A DNA stretch of 64,000 bases from Candidatus Dojkabacteria bacterium. GTDB taxonomy: Bacteria; Patescibacteriota; Dojkabacteria; J137. Each line of letters starts with the position of its first letter. Positions within the stretch are counted from its first letter, which is position 1. The stretch lies in NCBI GenBank assembly GCA_025999215.1, contig AP024679.1:433082-497081 (forward strand), read 5' to 3'. This document shows positions 9,913 to 18,867 of this stretch, piece after piece. The notes beneath the pieces are model-generated. The model was not told the origin of the DNA. It did not search any database and saw nothing but the letters and a program-made list of their open reading frames with translations. Made by a program: the position numbers and the translations under genes.

Positions 9913-10088
9913 AAAGATACAAAAATACACTCATCTTGTTTGGATGATTTTCACTTCCATGTAAGAGGTTTTATAAATATAGTTTAAATTATCTTTTTTC
10001 TGTATACTTTCCAGATTGTATTGTTCAGTAGATAGTATTTCAAACTTAAATTTCCATAATTGTCATTTTCTAACTTCTGTCAATAAGT

Positions 10089-12113
10089 TTAATCAGGAAC
10101 TTTTTGTAGTAAAAATTCTCTACAGTAAATCCTGGGTGGTTTAGACCAATCTATTTCACCATCAGGTTTGCGCTCATGTAAAATAAAACATCCATATCCA
10201 TATTGCCTTAACCCTATTCTACTGATCACGATCACATTATTTTTTAATTTTAATAGTTCTTTAACATATTTGTGATGCTTACGGGTTGCGTACATATTTT
10301 CATATATTCCATACTTTATACCAAAGTTACATGTGTACACACTAACATGTTTGCCATCCTCACATGCTTTGACATTTAGAATGGGTTCAACTGGTACATA
10401 CTTGAATCCTGCCCTTTTCCAATTATCTACTGCTTGATATACTCTTAACCAAGAAATAAATTCTTCATTTGATATGACTCTTCTATTACTTTTGTTGTCT
10501 AGCTCTTCAGTAATAATTGGGGGCTTTTTCTCTGCTTTTGATATTTCTTTTATTTCTGATTTTTCAAGGTTTTCTATTAGTTTTAATACATCTTTTTCGA
10601 TTGGTTTTCTATTTTTTTCTGGCAGATACTCAAAATTCCAAGCAAACCCAGGCGCAGCTTCTTTTGGTGCCATATCAATAAGTAGTCTAGCTACCTGTAA
10701 TTGATTCCCTTCATGTAAAGATGGGAGTCTAAAAGCGACCTCGTAAGCGGTTCCTTTTGGGTTTACACCCATAAGTAACTTAATGACTGCTAATTGATTT
10801 TTTTCTGACAAGTCCCGAAGTTGCCAAGCCACATTGCGAAGAAATTCGTCATTAATTGCTTTGGGAGCTTTTTCTATAAGTGAAGTAATAATTTCTATTT
10901 GAGTATCTTCTGGTAAACATGCTAAATGGCCAGCGAGGTTCTCAGCAGACTCTTGAGGTGCTTTTTCAACAAGTAGTTTAGCAATATCTCCCCTAATATC
11001 TTCAGATATATCATCAATTTTGTCAGATAACGGGCCTGCCGTTGGATTTATATATTCATCCTTATGTAACATGTACAAAATTTCATTTTTGATTTCTTGG
11101 GGTAATTCTTCAAATTCGCAAATTTCCCGAGCAAGTTCAGGTGCCGCTTCTTTTGGTGCTATATCGAGCAGTAAATTAAAGATATGTATCATTTGCTTTT
11201 CAGAAATAAACTCGCCGACATAAAAAAGTTTTTTAGCAAGTTCAGGTGCAGCTTCTTTTGGTGCTTTCTCTAGAATTAATTTTAATATTTCCATTTGAGC
11301 TTTTTCTGGTAAATATATGGCCTGATTTGCAAGCCCTGGTGCAGCTTCTTTAGGAGCTTTTTCTATAAGCTTTTTTGCGAAGTCTGCTCTAACTTCTTCT
11401 GGAAGGTCATTAATACCCCAGGCAAGTTTAGGTGCAGCTTCTTTTGGTGCTATATCGAGAAGCTTGTTTGCAAAGTCTACTCTTGTTTCTTTTGGAAGAT
11501 AAGAAACACTCCAGGCAATTTCAGGTACCGCTTTTTTGAGGGCTACATCAAACAGTAAATTAACAATTTGTTTTCTATTTTCGTATGGAAAAGATTCTAT
11601 GGAGCTAGCGATTACTGGAGCCGCTTCTTTGGGGGCATTCTCTAGGAACCAAGGTAATGCTTCTCTTTTAACCTCTGATGGGAGGTACTTAAAATTTTCA
11701 TATTCAGCTATTGCAGAAGTCACTTTTTTTAAATTTTTCTCCTTTATATGTTTTAAGAGCATTTTACAGATTTTTGTAAAAACTGCTGGTTCAAGAAGGC
11801 GATACAAATCTGAAATAAAGTTAGCAAGTTTAACCCCAGCTTCCTCTGGAGCGATATCTAAAATCTCTTGGGTTTTTTCGAAATAATCTCCTTGTTGACT
11901 ACATAGTGATAACATCGCATCAGTTATTTTAAAGTTTATTGGATCATTTTCGATAATGTTCTGGTATTGCCTTTCTAAATTTTCAACTATTTTTTGAAAC
12001 TCATCCTGGGACCATTTAGGTGCACCTGGCAAATGATACATTTCATAGTTTGCTATCATGTTGCGTGCCGTTTCACTTAAACTTGAATTAATTGAGGAAG
12101 TATTTTGTGACAT
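10089..12113 (-). CDS. 674-aa tandem-repeat (alpha-solenoid/HEAT-like) protein with unassigned C-terminal domain
   Basis: About a dozen units of roughly 31-36 aa of the form L(I/L)(E/D)xAPKEAAPxLAxxxxxLPEExxxxxxxxL. The only gene lying between the two direct repeats. Confidence 0.7.
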   Translation of the reverse strand: MSQNTSSINSSLSETARNMIANYEMYHLPGAPKWSQDEFQKIVENLERQYQNIIENDPINFKITDAMLSLCSQQGDYFEKTQEILDIAPEEAGVKLANFISDLYRLLEPAVFTKICKMLLKHIKEKNLKKVTSAIAEYENFKYLPSEVKREALPWFLENAPKEAAPVIASSIESFPYENRKQIVNLLFDVALKKAVPEIAWSVSYLPKETRVDFANKLLDIAPKEAAPKLAWGINDLPEEVRADFAKKLIEKAPKEAAPGLANQAIYLPEKAQMEILKLILEKAPKEAAPELAKKLFYVGEFISEKQMIHIFNLLLDIAPKEAAPELAREICEFEELPQEIKNEILYMLHKDEYINPTAGPLSDKIDDISEDIRGDIAKLLVEKAPQESAENLAGHLACLPEDTQIEIITSLIEKAPKAINDEFLRNVAWQLRDLSEKNQLAVIKLLMGVNPKGTAYEVAFRLPSLHEGNQLQVARLLIDMAPKEAAPGFAWNFEYLPEKNRKPIEKDVLKLIENLEKSEIKEISKAEKKPPIITEELDNKSNRRVISNEEFISWLRVYQAVDNWKRAGFKYVPVEPILNVKACEDGKHVSVYTCNFGIKYGIYENMYATRKHHKYVKELLKLKNNVIVISRIGLRQYGYGCFILHERKPDGEIDWSKPPRIYCREFLLQKVPD
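10640..11860 (-). repeat. In-frame coding tandem repeats (about 93-105 bp period) inside the 674-aa gene
   Basis: The recurrent DNA motif ggtgc(a/c)gcttcttttggtgc (reverse complement of APKEAAP codons) occurs near 10655, 11145, 11240, 11335 and 11430, with degenerate copies elsewhere. Confidence 0.8.
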
Positions 12114-12165
12114 ATTTTGATAAAGATAAAATAAAAATTTTGGTTATTCTACAACATACTCAATG

Positions 12166-12408
12166 CATCTAACTCTACGCCTCCTTTAATTTTGTATACA
12201 GCAATTGATTAAATTTAAAATATTTTAATAATTATACCTTAAAATTTAAAATTACTCTAAAATTTTGAAAGGGGTAGTTAGATAATAACGTTAAAGTATT
12301 TAGTATTCTAAAATTAAGAAAACCTTTTTTTCATTTTGGATTTCTGTGAGAACAACTAGGCCAGCAATAAGATGTTTTTGCACCTGTAGATATTTCTTTT
12401 TCTAAAAG
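12166..12408. repeat. Direct repeat copy 2 (dead murA 5' remnant + promoter copy + ydeI-like 3' end)
   Basis: Contains ATT GCT GTA TAC AAA ATT AAA GGA GGC GTA GAG, versus murA ATG GCT GTA TAT AAA ATT CAA GGA GGC ATA GAA. The upstream block is the same as in copy 1. Confidence 0.85.
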
Positions 12409-12591
12409 GTTTAAACGTTTATTTCTAGTAGTTCCTTTTTAGCAGCGCTTAACCAACATATCCATTCATTGCGAGCTAATTGTGTGAGTTTACCCCAGAC
12501 ATCATTTTAAATAGTATTTTTTGAGCATATTATCAAGATCAAGCGGCACTGCATGAAAATAGTTTTGTATACTTTTATAATTTTTATTCAT
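12331..12591 (-). pseudogene. Small YdeI/OmpD-associated-like gene with two frame disruptions
   Basis: Three frame segments: MNKNYKSIQNYFHAVPLDLDNMLKKYYLK* / NDVWGKLTQLARNEWICWLSAAKKE.. / TTRNKRLNLLEKEISTGAKTSYCWPSCSHRNPK*. The ARNEWI.W...AKK.ETR.KR and CCWP-type tail recall the YdeI C-terminal domain (from memory). Confidence 0.5.
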
Positions 12592-12708
12592 TATTTTTTA
12601 ATTAGGGAAGTTCTAATAATTTAAGAAGCGGTTTTTATTTTTTGGAAAAATACAATTACCTGAAAAGATATCTAAAAAAAGCAAATAAAAAAAACTAATT
12701 TTTAATCT

Positions 12709-12784
12709 TGGTGCCGAGGGGCGGACTCGAACCGCCGACACCACGATTTTCAGTCGTGTGCTCTACCAACTGAGCTACCTCAGC
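12709..12784 (-). tRNA. tRNA-Phe (anticodon GAA), CCA encoded
   Basis: The reverse complement reads GCTGAGG TA GCTCAGTTGGTAGAGC A CACGA CTGAAAA TCGTG GTGTC GGCGGTTCGAGTCCGCC CCTCGGC A CCA (76 nt). Confidence 0.95.
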
Positions 12785-12917
12785 ACTACGCTTGATTATA
12801 CACCGTTTTTTTCAACTTTGCGAATTTTTTTTTGTTTGTATTAAAAATTGTTTAGAATTATAGTAATTTTTTTTAAAGTGTTGTACAATTAATTAGTTTA
12901 CATTTTAATTGAAATTT

Positions 12918-13739
12918 ATGGAAGAATCAAAAACTACTTCAAACCAAGATATGAAGACTGAAAAAGTTAAATCAAATGGAAAAAGTAAGGTCTGGTTGAT
13001 TGCAGGTTTGTTATTTGTGATTTTTTTATGTTGTTGTTTGTGTGTGGGAGTTTTGGGTTATATGTTGTTTCAATCTGAAGATTTTAAAGAGGGATATTGT
13101 GAATCACTAGAAGAGGATGATGCATTGGATAATGATTTGTTAGGTTTGTGTGATGATTGGGAACCATCTTACGAAAAAGAAGATACCAAGGTTAGTTCAA
13201 ATGACAGCGATAAAAAAGCTGACGTTGTAGACAACAATACAGACACTAAAAAAGATGAATCTAACGACAAGAAGCAAAATAATGATAGTGCTTATGTTAT
13301 TTATGATGGTTATTACTTTTCATTCGAATATCCAAGATATTGGAAACAAAGCACATCTTCTACAGATTGGTCAACAGTTGAGTTTACATCTGAAGAAGGA
13401 GTTGTAATTAGTTTAAAATCAATTTATGATAATGAGTATTCAAAGAATTTGTCAGGTTGTAGTGAATATGAAGAGTCAATTTTTAGTGGTTTGACTAGTG
13501 TGTATGATAATGTTGAGTCTGAATCTGTTTTATTTACAACTACGGAGAATGGATATGCCGCTTGTTATTTAAAAGGTTATCTTGTTGATGGACCTATTAC
13601 TACAGTTTTAGAGCAATATTTAGTATTTGATCCTTTGATTGATACTTTTGCTTTAGAATTTGGAATTAAATACGATTCTAGAGATTCTGGCATGGGTAGT
13701 TACTTGCAACATGCTGTTGATACATTAACGTTTGAATAA
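12918..13739 (+). CDS. Hypothetical membrane-anchored protein (N-terminal TM, acidic linker, C-terminal globular domain)
   Basis: Intact ORF. An ATG at 12918 is preferred over the TTG at 12909. TM segment VWLIAGLLFVIFLCCCLCVGVLGYMLF. No family recognised. Confidence 0.6.
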   Translation: MEESKTTSNQDMKTEKVKSNGKSKVWLIAGLLFVIFLCCCLCVGVLGYMLFQSEDFKEGYCESLEEDDALDNDLLGLCDDWEPSYEKEDTKVSSNDSDKKADVVDNNTDTKKDESNDKKQNNDSAYVIYDGYYFSFEYPRYWKQSTSSTDWSTVEFTSEEGVVISLKSIYDNEYSKNLSGCSEYEESIFSGLTSVYDNVESESVLFTTTENGYAACYLKGYLVDGPITTVLEQYLVFDPLIDTFALEFGIKYDSRDSGMGSYLQHAVDTLTFE

Positions 13740-13818
13740 ATTTTAAAAAGCAAGAAATATAACTGAACCTAACATATTGATTTAATTTAAAAGTGTTGTT
13801 ACAATTTGTTGTTTGCTT

Positions 13819-13895
13819 GGGCGCCTAGCTCAACTGGCTAGAGCATCCCGTTTACACCGGGAAGGTTATAGGTTCGAGTCCTATGGCGCCCACCA
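13819..13895 (+). tRNA. tRNA-Val (anticodon TAC), CCA encoded
   Basis: GGGCGCC TA GCTCAACTGGCTAGAGC A TCCCG TTTACAC CGGGA AGGTT ATAGGTTCGAGTCCTAT GGCGCCC A CCA (77 nt). Confidence 0.95.
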
Positions 13896-14008
13896 AAAAA
13901 TCTGTGTTTGTCGTTTTCGTTTTTTTTATTCAAAATATTCCCATACTTTGCTTGTGATTTTATTGTTTGGAATCTCTTTTAAATCTTTTCCTAAATTTTA
14001 TAAAAAGC

Positions 14009-14014
14009 TATAAT
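14009..14014 (+). promoter_or_regulatory. -10 box TATAAT 5 nt upstream of the nth GTG
   Basis: gcTATAATaaaccGTG. Confidence 0.4.
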
Positions 14015-14019
14015 AAACC

Positions 14020-14682
14020 GTGAGTAATGAAAAAATTAAACAAAAGGCAAAAAAGGTTAATGCGTTGTTAAAAAAAGAATACCCTATAGTTAAAACTCCT
14101 TTGCACCACAAAAATGCCTGGGAACTTTTAATTGCAGTTATATTGTCAGCTCAAACTTTAGATGAAACGGTAAACAAAGTTACTCCAAGGCTTTTTAAGT
14201 TATACAATTCATGTTATGAATTAGCTGGGGCTAATTTGGCTGAAGTAGAAGAAGTTATAAAAGGCGTAAATTATTATAAAACCAAAGCCAAAAATATTAT
14301 CAAGACATCTCAAAAGCTAGTAGAAAATTTTGATGGTAAAGTACCAAATAAAATTGAAGAATTAACAACTCTTCCTGGTGTTGGTAGAAAAACTGCCAAT
14401 GTTATAATAAACGAGTGGTTTTGTAGGCATGATCAGAAAGTTTTACCTCAGGGATTTGTTGTTGATACTCATGTAGCTAGGGTTTCAAAGCGTTTAGGTT
14501 TTACTAAGCATTCTGATCCTACTTAAAATTGAGCAAGATTTAATGAATTTGTTTGATCAGATCTGATTGGCCTGAGTTGAGTTTGAGATTGATTTTTCAC
14601 GGGAGATATAGGTGTACCGCTCGTCAACATTTATGTTGTGAGCATGATAGATTGGAGTAAACTTTGTCAATGTTTATGTTAA
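14020..14682 (+). pseudogene. nth: Endonuclease III (Nth), frame-disrupted in its C-terminal third
   Basis: The HhH-GPD core is intact (LIAVILSAQTLDETVNKVT, LPGVGRKTANVI, VDTHVARVSKRLG) up to the stop at 14524-14526. The homologous sequence continues as KIEQDLMNLFDQ and then SDWPELSLRLIFHGRYRCTARQHLC in two other frames. The 4Fe-4S Cys spacing is not intact. Confidence 0.8.
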
Positions 14683-14686
14683 CATT

Positions 14687-15963
14687 ATGGAATTTAATTT
14701 AGTTTCTGAGTATAAACCTGCTGGTGATCAACCACGAGCGATTGATACGCTTTCTAATGGTTTGCTTGCTGGGAATCAAGCACCAAACGCTTGGTTGGTG
14801 CGACCGGAACTGGTAAAACTTTTACAATGGCAAATATCATACAAAATCTTGGGAAACCTGCTTTAATTCTTTCTCACAACAAAACTTTAGCTGCTCAATT
14901 GTTTGCTGAATTTAAAAAATTTTTTCCTTACAATGCTGTTGAGTATTTTGTGAGTTACTACGATTATTATCAGCCTGAGGCTTATGTTCCCTCAAGAGAT
15001 TTGTATATTGAGAAAGATGCCGATATAAACGACACAATTGAGCGGTACAGGTCTTCAGCTAGCCAGTCGCTTTTGACAAGAAAGGATGTGATTGTAATTT
15101 CAACCGTTAGTTGTATCTATGGGCTAGGGAATCCTGCAGATTATTTAGAATTAAGTTTTGAATTTAATGTTGGGGAAAGTTATAAACGCGATAATATTTT
15201 AGCGCGACTAACAGATATGCAGTATGAAAGAAACCAACTTGATTTCATGCCTGGGAGTTTTAGAGCCATTGGTGAGATTATTGATATTTATTTAACAAAT
15301 GCAAATGATGAAGCTGTAAGGTTAGAGTTTTTTGGTGATGAATTGGAATCTATAAAGATAATTAATCCTCTAACAGGCGAGTTTGTAAAAAATTTAAATT
15401 CAGTTATTATTTTTCCTGCCAAACACTATGTAAGTCCACATCATAAACTAATGGAAACGATTGAAACAATAAGAGAAGATATGAAAAAAGAAGTTCAGCA
15501 ATTTTTGGATAAAGGAAAGGTGGTGGAAGCAACGAGACTTAAGCAAAGGGTTGAATATGATTTGGAAATGATTGCTGAAACAGGTTTTGTAAAAGGCATT
15601 GAAAATTATTCTAGATACATTGACAGAAGACCACCCGGAAGTGCGCCATCATGTTTAATTGATTATTTTCCTCATGATTACATTATGTTTATTGATGAAT
15701 CACATATAACTGTTCCGCAAATTGGAGGAATGTACAATGGCGATCGCGCACGGAAACAGAGCTTGGTAGATTATGGTTTTAGGATGAAAGCAGCGCTAGA
15801 TAATCGACCTTTGAAATTTGAAGAATTTGAACAAAAATTAAACCAAGTTATTTACACCACGGCAACGCCAAGGGATTATGAAATTCAGAAAAGCATGAAT
15901 GCAACAGAAGAAATTAGGGAAAAAAGCCCTCAAATATTCAGTGGAAAAATGTTAGAATATTAG
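14687..15963 (+). pseudogene. uvrB: UvrB N-terminal half (about 425 codons) with two single-nt frame disruptions next to the Walker A motif
   Basis: MEFNLVSEYKPAGDQPRAIDTLSNGLLAGNQ (frame a), HQTL (frame c) and VGATGTGKTFTMANII (frame b). The extra bases are about 14780 and 14793. It ends ...TATPRDYEIQKS plus a 22-aa tail and TAG. The rest of UvrB is at 63780. Confidence 0.85.
15953..15958 (+). promoter_or_regulatory. Extended -10 (TGTTAGAAT) 6 nt upstream of the DUF368 ATG
   Basis: aaaTGtTAGAATattagaATG. Confidence 0.35.
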
Positions 15964-15964
15964 A

Positions 15965-16910
15965 ATGAAAATCAAGATTAGAAATATTTCACAAAAGGAA
16001 TGGTGATGGGTCTTGCTGAGGTTATCCCTGGAGTGAGTGGGTCAACCATGGCTTTGGTGATGGGTATTTATGATGATTTCATCAATCTACTCTACTCTTT
16101 TTCAAAGTTGGCGCAAAATTGTGTTGAGTTTTTGTTTCGAAAGAAAAGATTTTTTTGATCTTAAACAAGAGTTGACTGAACTATCTAGAATGGGGTTTTG
16201 CTATACCTTTGTTTTTCGGCATGATTGTGTCAATTTTATCTTTTGCCAATATTTTAAACTATTTCATTGATAAATCACCGGGTTACGTGCTTGCTTTTTT
16301 CTTTGGATTGGTGGTCGCATCGGTGTCAATTCCACTTCAGAGAGTTGGTAAGACCCAACATTTTGAAAGTTCTTTTGTTCTTGCTTCTCTCTTGCTTTTT
16401 TCTATTTTTTGCTTGGAGTTGATCCTATTGAGTTAAACGGTAAGCCAAATTTAGTTTATGTATTTTGTTGGGGGTATGCTTGCCATTTGCGCAATGAGTT
16501 TGCCTGGAATTAGCGGTTCTTTTATTTTGCTATTGTTGGGTTTGTATGAATACATTATTTCTATAATTAAAGATTTGTCTCATTTTAAGTTTAACTTCAG
16601 TGATTTTACTAGGTTGGTTGTTCTTTCTTTTGGTGTGGTGGCTGGATTTGTATTGTTTGTGAGAATACTAAAATGGTTGCTTTCAAAATACGAGGGCGAA
16701 TTGATGGCTTTTCTTGCAGGCTTGATGTTGGCATCGCTAAGAATTTTGTGGCCATTTATCGATAATTCACAGGAAGTTTCGAGAGTTTGGATGCTTATCC
16801 CAAGGTGATGTTAGAGTTAAGTAACACTGAACACCTTGTACACGGTTGCAATTATTGTAGCAAGTGCTGTAGCCGTCTTAGTAATCAAAAAGATTTCTGA
16901 TAAAATTTAA
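15965..16910 (+). pseudogene. DUF368-family membrane protein, fragmented by at least six frame disruptions
   Basis: GLAEVIPGVSGSTMALVMGIYD and AMSLPGISGSFILLLLGLYEY are the duplicated DUF368 signature. The homologous sequence hops between frames near 16000, 16140, 16196, 16400, 16460 and 16805. The C-terminal helix TLYTVAIIVASAVAVLVIKKISDKI ends at 16910. Confidence 0.7.
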
Positions 16911-16914
16911 GAGG

Positions 16915-18834
16915 TCACACCAAGGAAGCTTTGAGTCGCCTCAGGTTTGAGCCTATGTTTTCTTGTTTTAAAATTTTGAACTTTTTATTATTCTCTCCCA
17001 AAACTCCTGTTGTTTCAACATGCGGTCCTCCGCAAAACTCTTTTGAGAAACGCCTCATCTAAACTATTACCTATAAAATAAATGGTTACTTTGTCGGGAT
17101 ATTTTTGTCCAAACTCCATTTCTGCACCAATTTTTTGTGCTTCGCCTGAGAGGCATTTCTACTCTCTTCACTGGTAAATTTTCTGTGATCTTTTGATTGA
17201 CAATATCTTCAATTTTTTTGATTTCCTCTTCTGTAATTTTTTTTGAATAGTTAAAATCTATTCTTAATCTTTCAGAAGTTATGTTGCTACCTCTCTGGTG
17301 AATATTTTCGTCTAACACAAGCTGTAATGCTCTCAAAAGCAAGTGGTGAGCTGTGTGAAGCTTGGTTGTTTCGTGCGAGTGATCTGCCAAGCCTCCAGTA
17401 AATTTTTTTTGAGCGCCGGCACGAGATTGTTCTTTATGTTGTTCTAGCAACGTTTTAAAACCAACTATGTCTACTATAAATCCTATTTCTTTTGATAATT
17501 CTTGTGTCATTTCTACTGGAAATCCATAAGTTTCATAAAGATGGAAAGCTTCTTCACCTTTTAAGAAATTTCTATGAGGATTTTCGGATTTTTTGATATC
17601 AGTAACGATTTTGTAAAATTGCTTAATACCATTGTCTAGAGTTTTTCTAAATTTTATTTCTTCTTTATCTATTTCATCAATTATAAACATCTCCTTTTCT
17701 TTAAGATGAGGATAAGCATCTTTCATTTTTTCAATTACTAGGCTTGCCAAATCCTTGGTGAAATTTTTTTCTATTCCAAGAATTTTTGCATGTCTTATCA
17801 TCCTTCTGATTAAGCGCCTCAAAATATACCCTTGATCTTTGTTAGATGGCGCAATTCCATCGGCAAGAATAAAAGTTGATGCTCTTGCATGATCAGCTAT
17901 AATCCTGAATGCTTTCGTATATTTACTTCTGTTCTTCGTTGTGATCGTATTTGTGGCCTGATATATTTTCTATTGCGTTGATGTAGTCAATAAATAAATC
18001 AGTTTCGTAAACTGAGCGCTTGTTTTGAACTGTAGCGACAATTCTGTCTAGCCCTCCTCCATAATCAATGTTTTTTTGCTCCATAGGCTTCCATTTTCCA
18101 TCCTCAAATCTGTATTCCATAAAGACACTGTTTCCAATTTCTAAGTATCTTCCTGAATCATCATTAATGTGCAGTTTTTCTCCAGTATCATTTAATACTG
18201 TTTGCATATCATAAAAAATTTCTGAGCACGGTCCACCCAATTCTCCATTAACCTCGGGCCCTCTCTGCCACCAATTGTCTTTTTTACCATAAGGAAATAT
18301 TCTAAATTGCCAATTTTGACTTGATTCACCCTGTTGAGGAACATTTGTAATATCTTCACTAAATTTCGCTTCTATTCCATATTTTTTAAATGCCTTTATC
18401 CATGCGTCAATGGCTTCATCATCGCGAGGTATATTATCATCTCCTCCCCAGACGCTAGCAAAAATTCTTTGGGGATCAAGTCCGAACTTTTCTACATAAA
18501 GCTCCATTTTCCAAAGTATTTGTTCAGTTTTTGAAAAAGCGCCCAAAGACCAGTTACCGATCATTTCAAAAAAAGTTAAGTGATTGTAGTCGCCAACATC
18601 TTCAATATCATTTGTTCTTAGACATCTTTGTACATTACACAATCTTTTTCCCAAAGGATGAGGCTGTCCAGCTAGATATGGCACAAGTGGAAACATGCCT
18701 GAATTTACAAAAAGTAAAGTTGGATCATTATTTGGGACAAGGGATACATTCGGGATAATTTTTGCATTTCTTGGAGAACTTGTCCAAAATTTCAAAAATT
18801 CATTTCTTATTTCATCGGATGTTTTCATGAACAA
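16915..18834 (-). pseudogene. alaS: Alanyl-tRNA synthetase with three single-nt frame disruptions
   Basis: N-terminal catalytic part (FLKFWTSSPRNAKIIPNVSLVPNNDPTLLFVNSGM, FFEMIGNWSLG), middle part (AFRIIADHARASTFILADGIAPSNKDQGYILRRLIRR, HTAHHLL) and C-terminal part (GAEMEFGQKYPDKV, FSKEFCGGPHVETTG). The parts lie in successive +1 frames, with breaks near 17925, 17152 and 17050. Confidence 0.85.
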
Positions 18835-18867
18835 ATTATATCAAAATTACAAGGTAATTTAAATTTA

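Noticed and set aside
9734-9934. A 66-aa ORF upstream of murA.
   Set aside because: Its only recognisable part (RPCCWPGYPHRKPK) is the duplicated 3' remnant of the ydeI-like gene with the stop lost. The rest runs through the murA promoter copy.
10640-11860. A regularly spaced repeated DNA motif with a period of about 93-105 bp could look like a CRISPR-like array.
   Set aside because: The repeats are in-frame codons for the APKEAAP unit of one long intact ORF. The spacers are homologous to each other, and there are no cas genes.
12909-12917. The TTG start given in the ORF track for the 276-aa gene.
   Set aside because: An in-frame ATG three codons downstream (12918) is the more conventional start. 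The difference is immaterial for function.
13813-14013. A 66-aa ORF.
   Set aside because: It overlaps tRNA-Val(TAC) on the same strand, so it is spurious.
16070-16808. Three separate small ORFs (66, 75 and 116 aa).
   Set aside because: They are consecutive frame fragments of one DUF368 gene, not independent genes.
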